IMG/VR virus record: IMGVR_UViG_3300044712_000815
Span: 1-64,000 of that record
DNA from: a virus
DNA length: 64,000 nucleotides
Direction: 5' to 3' (one strand)
Shown here: positions 29,723 to 38,983 of the stretch, in pieces
Numbering within the stretch: the first letter of the stretch is position 1
Layout: every line of letters starts with the position of its first letter
Notes under the pieces: generated by a model
The model's input: only the letters and a program-made list of their open reading frames with translations
What the model was told of the DNA's origin: nothing
Database searches by the model: none
Translations under genes and position numbers: made by a program

Positions 29723-31117
29723 ATGATAAAAAAATATAATAATTTTATAAACGAATCTGCAAAAGATATAAGTGCTGAAAAAAAAATGAAAAGGGCATTT
29801 ATGCAGATCCAATTAAATTTTGGATTTTTTGCAGAATTGATGTTTAATTTAGCTATAGTAGAATCTAGTCCAAAGATGGGGGTTAAAACTATGGCAACCG
29901 ATGGTGTTAATATTGCATATAATCCCGAATTTGTTAATAAACTAACTGATAATGGAACAATATTTATAATAATACACGAAATTATGCATAATGCAAATTT
30001 ACACTTTGCTAGACAAGCTTTCAGGGAACATAAATTGTGGAATAAAGCATGTGATTATGCTATAAATCTTTTAATTGCGGATTTAGCTAAAGAATCTGGT
30101 AAATTCGAAAAACCAACTGAAAACGGTGAATTTATAGGATTGTTGGATGAAAGATTTCGTAATATGAATGCTGAACAAATATATGATTTACTTGAAAAAG
30201 AAAAATTAGAAAATAAAGATAAAGGTAAAGGTCAACCTAGTAAAGGTCAAGGTAAAGGTCAACCAGGTGATGGTAATGAAGGTGATGAAGATGAAGGTGA
30301 TGAAGATGAAGGTGATGGTAGTGTAGGTGATTTTGGTGAAGATATTAGAGAACCAGGATCATTAACAGGAAAAGGTGAAACTATATATGAAGGTAGTGAT
30401 ATTATAAAAGAAGCAACCACCAAAAAAGAATTAGCAGATATTTGGGATAGAATTAAAATTGAAGCTTCAACAAAAAATATGGGATCGGGTTCAGCATCTT
30501 TTGATAGATGGGTTAGAAATATAAATAAACCAAAAATAAATTGGAGAAATGAATTAAAAAAATTTATTACAAATGTATTTAATGAATTAGATTTTGGTTT
30601 TTATAATAAAAGGTTTATTGGTGGTGGTCAATATTTGCCAGCTGCTAAAGATATAGACACATCATCATATCAAAATGTTGTTATAGCAATTGACACATCG
30701 GGTTCTATATCAGATGATACTTTAGCTAAATTTGCAACAGAAATGATGTCGCTTTTTAAAAAGTATTTAATTTTAAAGGTTATTGTTATTTGGTGTGATG
30801 CTAATATTCCAAAAAATGGCGTACAACAATTTGATATGGCAGATAAAACATTTGATTTAAAGAAACTTAAACCTGTTGGTGGTGGTGGAACAAGTTTCAA
30901 GCCACCATTTGAATGGATCAAGAAAAATCTACTTGCAAAACGTATAGAACCAGCATTTGTAATATATTTTACTGATGCTGCTGGGGAAGCACCTGGAATT
31001 AATGAATTTGATATTAGAAAATATTCAAATAGGGTTCTTTGGGTAATTACTGATACAGAAAGCGCACCACATATCAAATTTGGTAAAAAAATATATATTG
31101 ATAAAATAGTTAAATAA
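29723..31117 (+). CDS. DUF2201 metallopeptidase + vWA domain protein
   Basis: TMATDG, HEIMH, WN.ACDYAIN, acidic linker, IDTSGS MIDAS, GGGGTSF, YFTD. Confidence 0.9.
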   Translation: MIKKYNNFINESAKDISAEKKMKRAFMQIQLNFGFFAELMFNLAIVESSPKMGVKTMATDGVNIAYNPEFVNKLTDNGTIFIIIHEIMHNANLHFARQAFREHKLWNKACDYAINLLIADLAKESGKFEKPTENGEFIGLLDERFRNMNAEQIYDLLEKEKLENKDKGKGQPSKGQGKGQPGDGNEGDEDEGDEDEGDGSVGDFGEDIREPGSLTGKGETIYEGSDIIKEATTKKELADIWDRIKIEASTKNMGSGSASFDRWVRNINKPKINWRNELKKFITNVFNELDFGFYNKRFIGGGQYLPAAKDIDTSSYQNVVIAIDTSGSISDDTLAKFATEMMSLFKKYLILKVIVIWCDANIPKNGVQQFDMADKTFDLKKLKPVGGGGTSFKPPFEWIKKNLLAKRIEPAFVIYFTDAAGEAPGINEFDIRKYSNRVLWVITDTESAPHIKFGKKIYIDKIVK

Positions 31118-31824
31118 TGATATATTTGCAGACTTTTGAAAATTATAATTATTATAATGATGATATGATTATGGAAAAATTTAATCTAAAATATCATTTA
31201 GATAAATTAAAAAAGTCAACAAATAAAAATAAACTAGCAACATTAATTGTTGCTAGTTTGTTGTCAATATATACCGCTAATCAAGCATTAAATTTTATTC
31301 AGCGATCTAATATTAATGAACCAGAAAAGATAATATTAATTGATACAATTAATAAAGTTGAAGATAAGTATAAAGACCCATTAATATTAAATATAAGTCA
31401 AAATGGTATACAACATTTGAAAAAATTTGAAGATATAAAATTAGAAAAATATTATTTGGATGGTGTGGCTTTGGTAGGTTATGGACATAAAATATTACCA
31501 AATGAAAAATATACAACAATTACCCCCGAAATAGCAGAAAAATTATTAATCGTAGATGCTACTTATGCATCTGATGGTGTCAAACGATTATTCAAATTGT
31601 GGAAAAGTATGGGAATTGATATTAAAGTTACTCAAAATCAATTTGATGTAATGGTTTCATTAGCATATAGTATGGGGGTTGGTGCTTTTAGAGGATCAGA
31701 TTTTGTACAAGCATTAAAACAAAAAGATTTTGTAAAGGCATCACAATTATTGAAATATACTGGAATAAGTCATCCTGGTCATATAAAAAGAAGATCAGTA
31801 GAATGTAATATTTTTAAATTATAA
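31117..31824 (+). CDS. GH24 lysozyme-like protein (paralog of 27442..28152)
   Basis: ISQNGIQHLKKFE, VGYGH, TQNQFDVMVS, RRSVE. Confidence 0.8.
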   Translation: MIYLQTFENYNYYNDDMIMEKFNLKYHLDKLKKSTNKNKLATLIVASLLSIYTANQALNFIQRSNINEPEKIILIDTINKVEDKYKDPLILNISQNGIQHLKKFEDIKLEKYYLDGVALVGYGHKILPNEKYTTITPEIAEKLLIVDATYASDGVKRLFKLWKSMGIDIKVTQNQFDVMVSLAYSMGVGAFRGSDFVQALKQKDFVKASQLLKYTGISHPGHIKRRSVECNIFKL

Positions 31825-31997
31825 AAAATTATTAAACTTTTTTTTTAATTTATACTACAAATATTATTCTTTAAAAAATGGAAAAAAATGACATTTTTTA
31901 AAGAATATATAAAAATTGAAAAATATTAAATTTTTTTACAGTAATTGGTAATTAAAATTTAATATTTGTCAAACGTTCATTGAAGAAAAAATTATAA

Positions 31998-32046
31998 AGA
32001 ATACATTCAGCAACATAAAAGTTCGAGAAACAAAAATCGTATTCTG
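31998..32046 (+). ncRNA. CAGCAA-scaffold RNA copy C
   Basis: AGAATAC-ATT-CAGCAA...GTATTCTG. Confidence 0.6.
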
Positions 32047-32070
32047 TTAATTTAAAATATTTACTCATAA

Positions 32071-32274
32071 AGAATACATACTGCAAATCATAAACTAAAT
32101 ATGATAAACAGTGACTATGATGATGGTAGTGTTTTGAAACTTTTTTAGTTTTTCACTAAGTTACATCATCAATTAAAACCTATCCCAAGGGGATATGGAG
32201 AAGGTCTTAACTAAACAAAAAAATTAAAAAGAAAGTTTACCGTTCGGTTTTTGAGAAAAACCGATTGTATTCTG
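32071..32274 (+). ncRNA. CAGCAA-scaffold RNA copy D with ~180-nt multi-hairpin insert
   Basis: AGAATACA-TA-CTGCAA...TGTATTCTG; internal GATGATG/CATCATC, TATCCC/GGGATA and TCGGTTTT/AAAACCGA stems. Confidence 0.55.
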
Positions 32275-32293
32275 TTGAGGATTTTGATTTTTA

Positions 32294-32363
32294 GCTTAGA
32301 TTAGGATGTTGGCTTGGAAGCAGCCATTCATTTAAAGAGTACGTAACAGTTCACTAGTCAAGC
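32294..32363 (+). ncRNA. Stand-alone mimic of 23S rRNA helices 43-44 (uL11-binding / GTPase-associated centre)
   Basis: AGGATGTTGGCTTGGAAGCAGCCATTCATTTAAAGAGTACGTAACAGTTCACTAG matches the recalled 23S 1051-1108 consensus; closed by GCTT-A-GATTAG/CTAGTC-AAGC. Confidence 0.85.
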
Positions 32364-32404
32364 AACAATTATTAGTTTTGATTATTCATACTAATAGTTA
32401 AGTT

Positions 32405-32450
32405 AAATCCCAACTATTTATGTAAAAATTATAGTTGGGATTTTTTTTTT
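32405..32450 (+). terminator. Intrinsic terminator between ncRNA cluster and DUF2828 gene
   Basis: AAATCCCAACTAT/ATAGTTGGGATTT plus T run. Confidence 0.8.
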
Positions 32451-32460
32451 ATTAATTCCT

Positions 32461-32494
32461 AGATTACTAACAGCAAAAATAAAAATGTAATCTG
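32461..32494 (+). ncRNA. CAGCAA-scaffold copy E (minimal) in 5' UTR of DUF2828 gene
   Basis: AGATTAC-TAA-CAGCAA-N10-GTAATCTG. Confidence 0.6.
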
Positions 32495-32515
32495 GACAAA
32501 AAATTAGGAGGTATT

Positions 32516-33910
32516 ATGAACTCAAATGCAAAATTAGTTAATGTAACTAGACAAAAAGACAGTTATACCAAAAATGGTATGGTAACAAATTCAACTTCGT
32601 TGAATTCAAATGTGGATATGTTTTTCTTAGCGGGTGCTTCGAGAAATATCTCAGAAAAAGATATTGAATTTCTTTTTCAAAAATCAATAGTGGAAAACCC
32701 TTTAGTGGCACTAAAACTTATGTTTTGGGCAAGAGACCCAAGAGGTGGTGCGGGTGAAAGAAGATTTTTCAGGATTTGTTCTAAATTCTTGAATAAGAAC
32801 TATTTATCATATCTTGAAAAAAATATCAATTTAATACCTGAATATGGTCGTTGGGATGATATATTTGAACTTGATAGTGATGTTATATTACCATTAATCA
32901 AAGATGGTTTAGATAAAGAAAATGGTTTGCTTGCAAAATGGTTACCACGTCAAGGAGAATTTGCGAATAAAGTTCGTAAATTTATGAAACTTAGTCCAAA
33001 GGATTATCGTAAACTTATTGTTGGTTTGTCAAATACAATCGAACAAAAAATGTGTGCAAAAGAATGGGATGCGATCACATATAAATCAGTGCCATCATGC
33101 GCACTGAATAAATATAGAAAGGCATTCTATAAAAATGATGCAAATCGTTTTACAGAATATATTTCATTGGTTAATGAAGGTAAAGAAGAAATTAAAGCAG
33201 GTGTTTTATTTCCACATCAATTATATCAAGCATATAAAAAAGGTGAAGATAAAAATGCTGTAGAAGCACAATGGAAAAATTTACCAGATTTTATGGTTGA
33301 TTCAGAAGAAAGAATTATACCAGTATGTGATGTGTCAGGTTCTATGACTAGTAATAATGGTCTTCCAATGTCAGTATCAGTGTCATTGGGTTTATATATT
33401 TCAGAAAGAAATAGAAGTATATTTAAAGATGCATTTATAACATTTTCAGCATCACCAAAAATGCAATATTTAAAAGGTTCTTTTTATGAAAGAATAAGAC
33501 AATTGGAAACTGCTGAATGGGGTATGAATACTAATTTGGAAGCTGTATATAGTTTAATATTAACTAAAGCTATTCAAAATAGATTAACCGAAGATGATAT
33601 GCCAACAAAAATTCTTATAATTTCGGATATGGAATTTGATAGTTGCGCTCAAAATAATTCAGATTCTGCATTTTCGATGATAAATAGAATGTATTCTGAT
33701 GCTGGCTATAAAATGCCACAGATCGTTTTTTGGAATGTAAATGGTAGATTGGGTAATGTTCCAACAAATGCACAAACAAAAAATGTTGGTTTGGTTTCAG
33801 GATTCAGTCCAGCAATATTGAAATCAATATTACAAGGTAGTATTGATACACCAGAAAGCTTAATGTTGCGAACAATAAATAGTGAAAGGTACGAACCTAT
33901 TACAATATAA
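32516..33910 (+). CDS. DUF2828 family protein (TROVE/Ro60-like helical domain + vWA)
   Basis: TKNG, ARDPRGGAGER, PEYGRWDD, AKWLPR, DVSGSM, ISDMEFD, VFWNV, VSGFSP. Confidence 0.85.
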   Translation: MNSNAKLVNVTRQKDSYTKNGMVTNSTSLNSNVDMFFLAGASRNISEKDIEFLFQKSIVENPLVALKLMFWARDPRGGAGERRFFRICSKFLNKNYLSYLEKNINLIPEYGRWDDIFELDSDVILPLIKDGLDKENGLLAKWLPRQGEFANKVRKFMKLSPKDYRKLIVGLSNTIEQKMCAKEWDAITYKSVPSCALNKYRKAFYKNDANRFTEYISLVNEGKEEIKAGVLFPHQLYQAYKKGEDKNAVEAQWKNLPDFMVDSEERIIPVCDVSGSMTSNNGLPMSVSVSLGLYISERNRSIFKDAFITFSASPKMQYLKGSFYERIRQLETAEWGMNTNLEAVYSLILTKAIQNRLTEDDMPTKILIISDMEFDSCAQNNSDSAFSMINRMYSDAGYKMPQIVFWNVNGRLGNVPTNAQTKNVGLVSGFSPAILKSILQGSIDTPESLMLRTINSERYEPITI

Positions 33911-33915
33911 AAATG

Positions 33916-33944
33916 AAAAAGAGGATGTTAATCCTCTTTTTTTT
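33916..33944 (+). terminator. Intrinsic terminator
   Basis: AAAAAGAGGAT/ATCCTCTTTTT. Confidence 0.75.
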
Positions 33945-34060
33945 AATATATCGTAAAATAATAAAAATGAAAAATTATATGGCGGTTTAGATTTAGAAGA
34001 ATAAATTTTGTAATTATTAAAAATATATGTATCTTTGCATTCTAATTTAAATCAACAAAT

Positions 34061-35080
34061 ATGGCAGTTAAAATTTTTTCAACTTCAAAATCAAAATATT
34101 TGGGTCAACATATTGCTAAGTCATACGGGGTTGACATAAGTAGTAGTGAGTTTAAAATCTTTTCGGATGGTGAATTTTGTCCACGTTTAGATGAAAGTGT
34201 TAGGGGTGATAAGGTGTTTATAGTAGCATCCCTATATTCATCTTATCATGAAGCTGAAGAAGTGATAAGAATGATACCAGAAGAAAAACAAAAAGAAGCG
34301 AAAGCGATATTAAAAACACTTATTTCTTCATCATCTACTGTATTTGAATTACTACAAATGATTGATGCCGCAAAAAGGGCATCAGCGAAAGATATAGTTG
34401 CTGTTATTCCATATTTTGGTTGGGCTAGACAAGATCGTAAAGACAAACCACGTGTACCAATTACTGCTAAGTTGTTAGCAAATATGATAACTGATGCTGG
34501 TGCAACCCGGCTAATTACTATGGACCTTCATGCTGATCAAATACAAGGTTTTTTTGATATTCCTGTTGATGCATTAAAAAGTTCTTATGTATTTGTTCCA
34601 TATATTCAATCATTGAATCTTAAAAACTTGGTTATTGGATCACCTGATGAAGGTGGTGGAAAAAGGGCAAAAAAATATGCTGAACGACTTGATACAAGAT
34701 TCATTTTGATGAATAAAGAAAGAAAAGAAGCAAATATTATCAAAGAAATGGAACTTATCGGTGATGTGAATGGATGCGATGTTGTTTTTATTGATGATAT
34801 TATTGATACTGCGGGGACGATAACCACTGCTGCTGATATATTGATGGATAAAAAAGGTGCAAAAAGTGTTAGGGCTTGTATTGCACATCCTGTCTTATCT
34901 GGTCCTGCTTATGAACGTATTGAAAAATCAAAAATTACCGAAATTATAGTTACTGATACTATCCCACTAAATTCTTATATCAAATCGGATAAAATACGAG
35001 TATTATCTATTGCTGATTTATTTTCACGTGCAATTATGCGAATGAATACAAATGAATCAATATCTAATCTATATGAATAA
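34061..35080 (+). CDS. prs: Ribose-phosphate pyrophosphokinase
   Basis: FSDGE, PYFGWARQDRK, DLHADQIQGFF, DDIIDTAGT. Confidence 0.95.
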   Translation: MAVKIFSTSKSKYLGQHIAKSYGVDISSSEFKIFSDGEFCPRLDESVRGDKVFIVASLYSSYHEAEEVIRMIPEEKQKEAKAILKTLISSSSTVFELLQMIDAAKRASAKDIVAVIPYFGWARQDRKDKPRVPITAKLLANMITDAGATRLITMDLHADQIQGFFDIPVDALKSSYVFVPYIQSLNLKNLVIGSPDEGGGKRAKKYAERLDTRFILMNKERKEANIIKEMELIGDVNGCDVVFIDDIIDTAGTITTAADILMDKKGAKSVRACIAHPVLSGPAYERIEKSKITEIIVTDTIPLNSYIKSDKIRVLSIADLFSRAIMRMNTNESISNLYE

Positions 35081-35441
35081 ATATAGTTATTCGAAAATAA
35101 TTAATGTGTTTTTTTTATTATTTGTTGGTATTTTTTATTCTTGTAATCAAAATGATAAGATAATTACGAGCGAAAAAATCATTACTGATGTGTACATAAC
35201 AGATGTATTTAAAGCAAAATATTCTAAAATTCAAGGATATATCTATTATAATAATATCAAACTAGAAATAGACAATGGTAATTCAGGATATTATTACAAA
35301 AATTATAGTATAAAAGCTGGTCAAAAAATTAAACGCTCGGTTATAGTATATCAAAGATATTATTTTACAACTGACCCATATAAGAATGATATTATATTGT
35401 CAACATCGGATATTGATTTTTCAGATTTTGTTATACAGTAA
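35052..35441 (+). CDS. Putative lipoprotein
   Basis: Hydrophobic stretch ending FYSC. Confidence 0.5.
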   Translation: MNQYLIYMNKYSYSKIINVFFLLFVGIFYSCNQNDKIITSEKIITDVYITDVFKAKYSKIQGYIYYNNIKLEIDNGNSGYYYKNYSIKAGQKIKRSVIVYQRYYFTTDPYKNDIILSTSDIDFSDFVIQ

Positions 35442-35463
35442 AATAGTAAATAATTAACTACTT

Positions 35464-35497
35464 AAAAAGGCATATTGGAAACAATATGCCTTTTTTT
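35464..35497 (+). terminator. Intrinsic terminator
   Basis: AAAAAGGCATATTG/CAATATGCCTTTTT. Confidence 0.8.
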
Positions 35498-35546
35498 ATT
35501 AAACAAATTAAAAAAAACCAACTAAAAAAGTAAAATAAGATAAAAC

Positions 35547-35900
35547 ATGAAAACAAAAACATTTATTAGTAAACAAGAAATAAATACTACCGCTTTGGTA
35601 GAAGTCAAAATAACATTTAATGATATTGTAGATATTATATCAAGTTGTGATTATATTGAAAAATCTGAAATTAGAAATATTATTGGTAATGATTATGATG
35701 ATTTAGATTTTGATGAAGTTTATTCAATAGTTAATAATTTTAATTTTTCTAAACATGAATTGGAAGAAATGAAAAATATTATTTATGGTGAAGTTGATAA
35801 ATCATTATACGATGATTTAAAAAATAAAGTTATGAAAGTTGCTTTAGAAAAATATGATCTTGATGAATTGCAAAGGAGATTGGATATAAAATATTATTAA
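35547..35900 (+). CDS. Hypothetical protein
   Basis: ORF track. Confidence 0.5.
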   Translation: MKTKTFISKQEINTTALVEVKITFNDIVDIISSCDYIEKSEIRNIIGNDYDDLDFDEVYSIVNNFNFSKHELEEMKNIIYGEVDKSLYDDLKNKVMKVALEKYDLDELQRRLDIKYY

Positions 35901-35912
35901 AAATAAAAACGT

Positions 35913-36128
35913 ATGAAATTAGTTGACAAAATTAAAATGCTATTTGGGTACACTTATGTAGTGAATTTAAATACGTGGGAAATACACAATTTGAAAAATA
36001 CACACGAAAATTGTAATATCGAATTAATGACCCATAAAAAAATTATAACAAAAAACCAATTACACATATATTTAGAAGATGGTTATAATGGTTGTAGATG
36101 GTGTTTAAAAGAATATAATAAAGAATAA
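35913..36128 (+). CDS. Small Cys/His metal-binding protein
   Basis: H..C..GYNGCRWC. Confidence 0.5.
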   Translation: MKLVDKIKMLFGYTYVVNLNTWEIHNLKNTHENCNIELMTHKKIITKNQLHIYLEDGYNGCRWCLKEYNKE

Positions 36129-36151
36129 AGAATAAAAAATAAATAAATATT

Positions 36152-36610
36152 ATGGATGAATGTCAAAGAGAAATAGCAACAGTATTAAATAGATACTGTA
36201 AAGAAAATGATAGTAATACACCAGATTTTATATTAGCTACATATTTGATGGATTGTTTAAACGCATTTAATAGTGCTGTAAGTTCAAGAGAAAAATGGTA
36301 CAATATCGAATCAAAACCAGGGAAAGGTACAAAAATAAATAATAAATTGGAAGATGAAATTGTAGAAGAAAATGGTGGTGCATTTATTAATTCAAATTTA
36401 GTTGAAACTACAAAATTGGTTACAGTATTTGAAATACATGATAAAAAGGAAGTTAATATATTTGAAGAAGATGAAATTGTTGATGAAGCCAAAGTGGATA
36501 TTGTAGAAAAAAAACAAATTAATGTTTTCGATGTAGATGAAGAAATTTCAGAAGAAACTAAAAACATTGAAACAAAAAACGAAGATGTTAATGATTTTTG
36601 GAATTCATAA
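36152..36610 (+). CDS. Hypothetical protein with acidic tail
   Basis: ENDSNTPDFILA motif seen in phage hypotheticals. Confidence 0.55.
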   Translation: MDECQREIATVLNRYCKENDSNTPDFILATYLMDCLNAFNSAVSSREKWYNIESKPGKGTKINNKLEDEIVEENGGAFINSNLVETTKLVTVFEIHDKKEVNIFEEDEIVDEAKVDIVEKKQINVFDVDEEISEETKNIETKNEDVNDFWNS

Positions 36611-36661
36611 AATAAATTAAATAGGAACAATAGATTTTTATATATACATAAAAAAGTATAT

Positions 36662-37996
36662 ATGAAAAATAAAGTTATATGTGAAGTTTGTGGAAAAGAA
36701 GAAATGGTTTTTCCGTGTAGATCAAAAAACTATAAAACTTGTTCAAAAAAGTGTCTTGGTGAATACAATAAAGGAAAACTAAATTCTGTTTGTTGTGTAT
36801 GTGAAAAAGAATTTCACATTAAACCATATAGGACAAATAGAATAACAAATAAATTTGGAATAACGTGTTCTAAAAAATGTTCAAATAAATTAAAAGAAAA
36901 AATGTATATGGGAAGAGAAAATCCAAATACTAAGTATAAAAACTTAGATGATGACTTCTTTAAAGAAGTAAAAACTGAAGATAAAGCATATTTATTGGGA
37001 TGGATCGCTAGTGATGGCTCAATTAATCATAATAGTATACAAATCGCTATTAACAAAAAAGATTTATTATGTTTAGAAATATTGAGGGATATAATATGCA
37101 TAGATTTACCAATTAGTAATAAATCTACTGATTTAAAAATGTTAACTATATCATCAACAACCATTTCAAATGATGTGTGTAAATTATTAAATATTTTACC
37201 CGAAAAAAAATCAGATATCGTTTGTTTTCCAGATTTAGAAAATGATGATTTAAAATGGGCTTTTTTAAGGGGTTTTTTTGATGGTGATGGATCAATTCAT
37301 AATATAACAGAAACACATTATACACCGAGTTGTACTATAACATCCACATCTATAAATATGCGTAATTCTATTATGGAATTTTGTAAAATTCCTTGTAATG
37401 AATATGGTATAAATTTAAGTTGGTGTGGAAACAACGCATTGGATTTTTTAAATAAAATATATAAAAATTCTAAATTTAGGTTGGCTAGAAAATATGAATT
37501 ATATTTAGATATTTCAACATGGGTTCCATCTGTTTCGTATAGTAGATATTATAAGAATGAACATTGTAAATGGGCAAAAACAAGAAAAGATGCTGTTTCA
37601 CCATCTAAAGAAAGGGCATCGGATTCAGGATATGATTTAGTTCTTTTGGAAAAAATAAAAACTGTTGGAAAAGTTGAATTTTATGATACTGGAATAAAAG
37701 TTAAACCAAATTTTGGTTATTATTTTCAAATTGTGCCAAGAAGTTCAATTAGTAAAACTGGATATATGCTTGCAAATTCAGTAGGAATAATAGATAGAAC
37801 ATATTTAGGTAATATTATTGTTGCACTAATCAAAATTGATGAAACTGCACCAGATTTAGTTTTACCATTACGAATGGTACAAATGATTCCAACACCTATT
37901 GTACATTTTGAACTTGAAGAAGTAGAAAGTTTTGATGTAAACGAAACTGAACGTGGTGAAGGTGGATTTGGATCAACCAATAAAAAAGAAAAATAA
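36662..37996 (+). CDS. dut: Zinc-finger/LAGLIDADG endonuclease fused to trimeric dUTPase
   Basis: YLLGWIASDG and FLRGFFDGDG motifs; dUTPase motifs SGYDL, PRSS, GIIDRTYLG, Q, RGEGGFGST. Confidence 0.85.
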   Translation: MKNKVICEVCGKEEMVFPCRSKNYKTCSKKCLGEYNKGKLNSVCCVCEKEFHIKPYRTNRITNKFGITCSKKCSNKLKEKMYMGRENPNTKYKNLDDDFFKEVKTEDKAYLLGWIASDGSINHNSIQIAINKKDLLCLEILRDIICIDLPISNKSTDLKMLTISSTTISNDVCKLLNILPEKKSDIVCFPDLENDDLKWAFLRGFFDGDGSIHNITETHYTPSCTITSTSINMRNSIMEFCKIPCNEYGINLSWCGNNALDFLNKIYKNSKFRLARKYELYLDISTWVPSVSYSRYYKNEHCKWAKTRKDAVSPSKERASDSGYDLVLLEKIKTVGKVEFYDTGIKVKPNFGYYFQIVPRSSISKTGYMLANSVGIIDRTYLGNIIVALIKIDETAPDLVLPLRMVQMIPTPIVHFELEEVESFDVNETERGEGGFGSTNKKEK

Positions 37997-38016
37997 ATTT
38001 AAAAAGAAAAACCTGA

Positions 38017-38352
38017 TTAATAATCAGGTTTTTCTTTGTTAAAATATGTATTGTCTTTTAGTGCATCAAATCCCTTTTCTAATTTTTCACACAAATTTTT
38101 AAAATTTACAACTTCTTTAAGTTCTAATCTAAACCATTCATTTTTTATTTTTCTATATTTATAATGATTCTGAAGTGATCGTTCTAATTTTTGATTATAT
38201 TCAGATTCATATTTACAAACTTCACGAATTTTATCTTTATTTCCCGTTTGTAATCCACTAATCCGCTTTGAAATATTTGGATTTCTAGTGAAACCTATTT
38301 TATAAACGGTTTCATCATTGTCTGTGCTTTCTAATAAATAAATATATCCCAT
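38017..38352 (-). CDS. T5orf172/MUG113-type GIY-YIG protein
   Basis: GYIYL, YKIGFT, RISGLQTGN, EWFRL. Confidence 0.85.
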   Translation of the reverse strand: MGYIYLLESTDNDETVYKIGFTRNPNISKRISGLQTGNKDKIREVCKYESEYNQKLERSLQNHYKYRKIKNEWFRLELKEVVNFKNLCEKLEKGFDALKDNTYFNKEKPDY

Positions 38353-38415
38353 AACATATATATTTATTTATTTGGGTCAAAAATATGATTTATATTAATT
38401 ATATATATATATATT

Positions 38416-38901
38416 ATGATGAAAATGGCAACTACTATATTGGAATTTTTAATGGAAAATAAAAAATTTAATTCTTTTTTTATTCAATATGATTATGATA
38501 AATTCGTTTATCATATTACATCTAAATCAGTAGAAAAGAAAATATTGAAAAATGGTTTTATGACAGGATTTGAATTAGGTATTTCAGAAAAAAGAAAAGC
38601 GATATTTTGTTCTGATTTAGATGTTAATTATGGTTTATATGCAAGAAATAAAGAAGGTGAAACATATGAAGGTGATGAAATTGGTAAAATTAAAATAAAT
38701 TTAAATGGTTTAAAACTTTTAAATATGACATATATAAATAATGATGGTGAATATGAAAATTATAATAAATATAAAAACTTAAATGTTAAAGGTGAACTAG
38801 ATCAAATACCATTTAACATTGATGGCACAATATCATTTTTAGATGATGGCAGAATATATGAAGTAGCATTAAAAAAAGAAATAGCTAATAGAATTATTTA
38901 A
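38416..38901 (+). CDS. ART-fold-like hypothetical protein
   Basis: VYHIT....ILKNGF...AIFCS. Confidence 0.4.
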   Translation: MMKMATTILEFLMENKKFNSFFIQYDYDKFVYHITSKSVEKKILKNGFMTGFELGISEKRKAIFCSDLDVNYGLYARNKEGETYEGDEIGKIKINLNGLKLLNMTYINNDGEYENYNKYKNLNVKGELDQIPFNIDGTISFLDDGRIYEVALKKEIANRII

Positions 38902-38983
38902 AATCTTTCAAAAAGGTTCTATTCGTCCAATAATTTCTATTACCATATATGTATCTGATTAGTTGTTCATCATTTTTATTTTA

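Noticed and set aside
32294-32363. rRNA operon or host contamination
   Set aside because: Only one ~60-nt domain, with compensatory changes and phage-like flanks. Read-level confirmation is still advisable.
31998-32494. CAGCAA repeats as CRISPR or preQ1 riboswitches
   Set aside because: The repeat halves pair around inserts of very uneven length, no cas genes are present, and the preQ1 consensus is absent.
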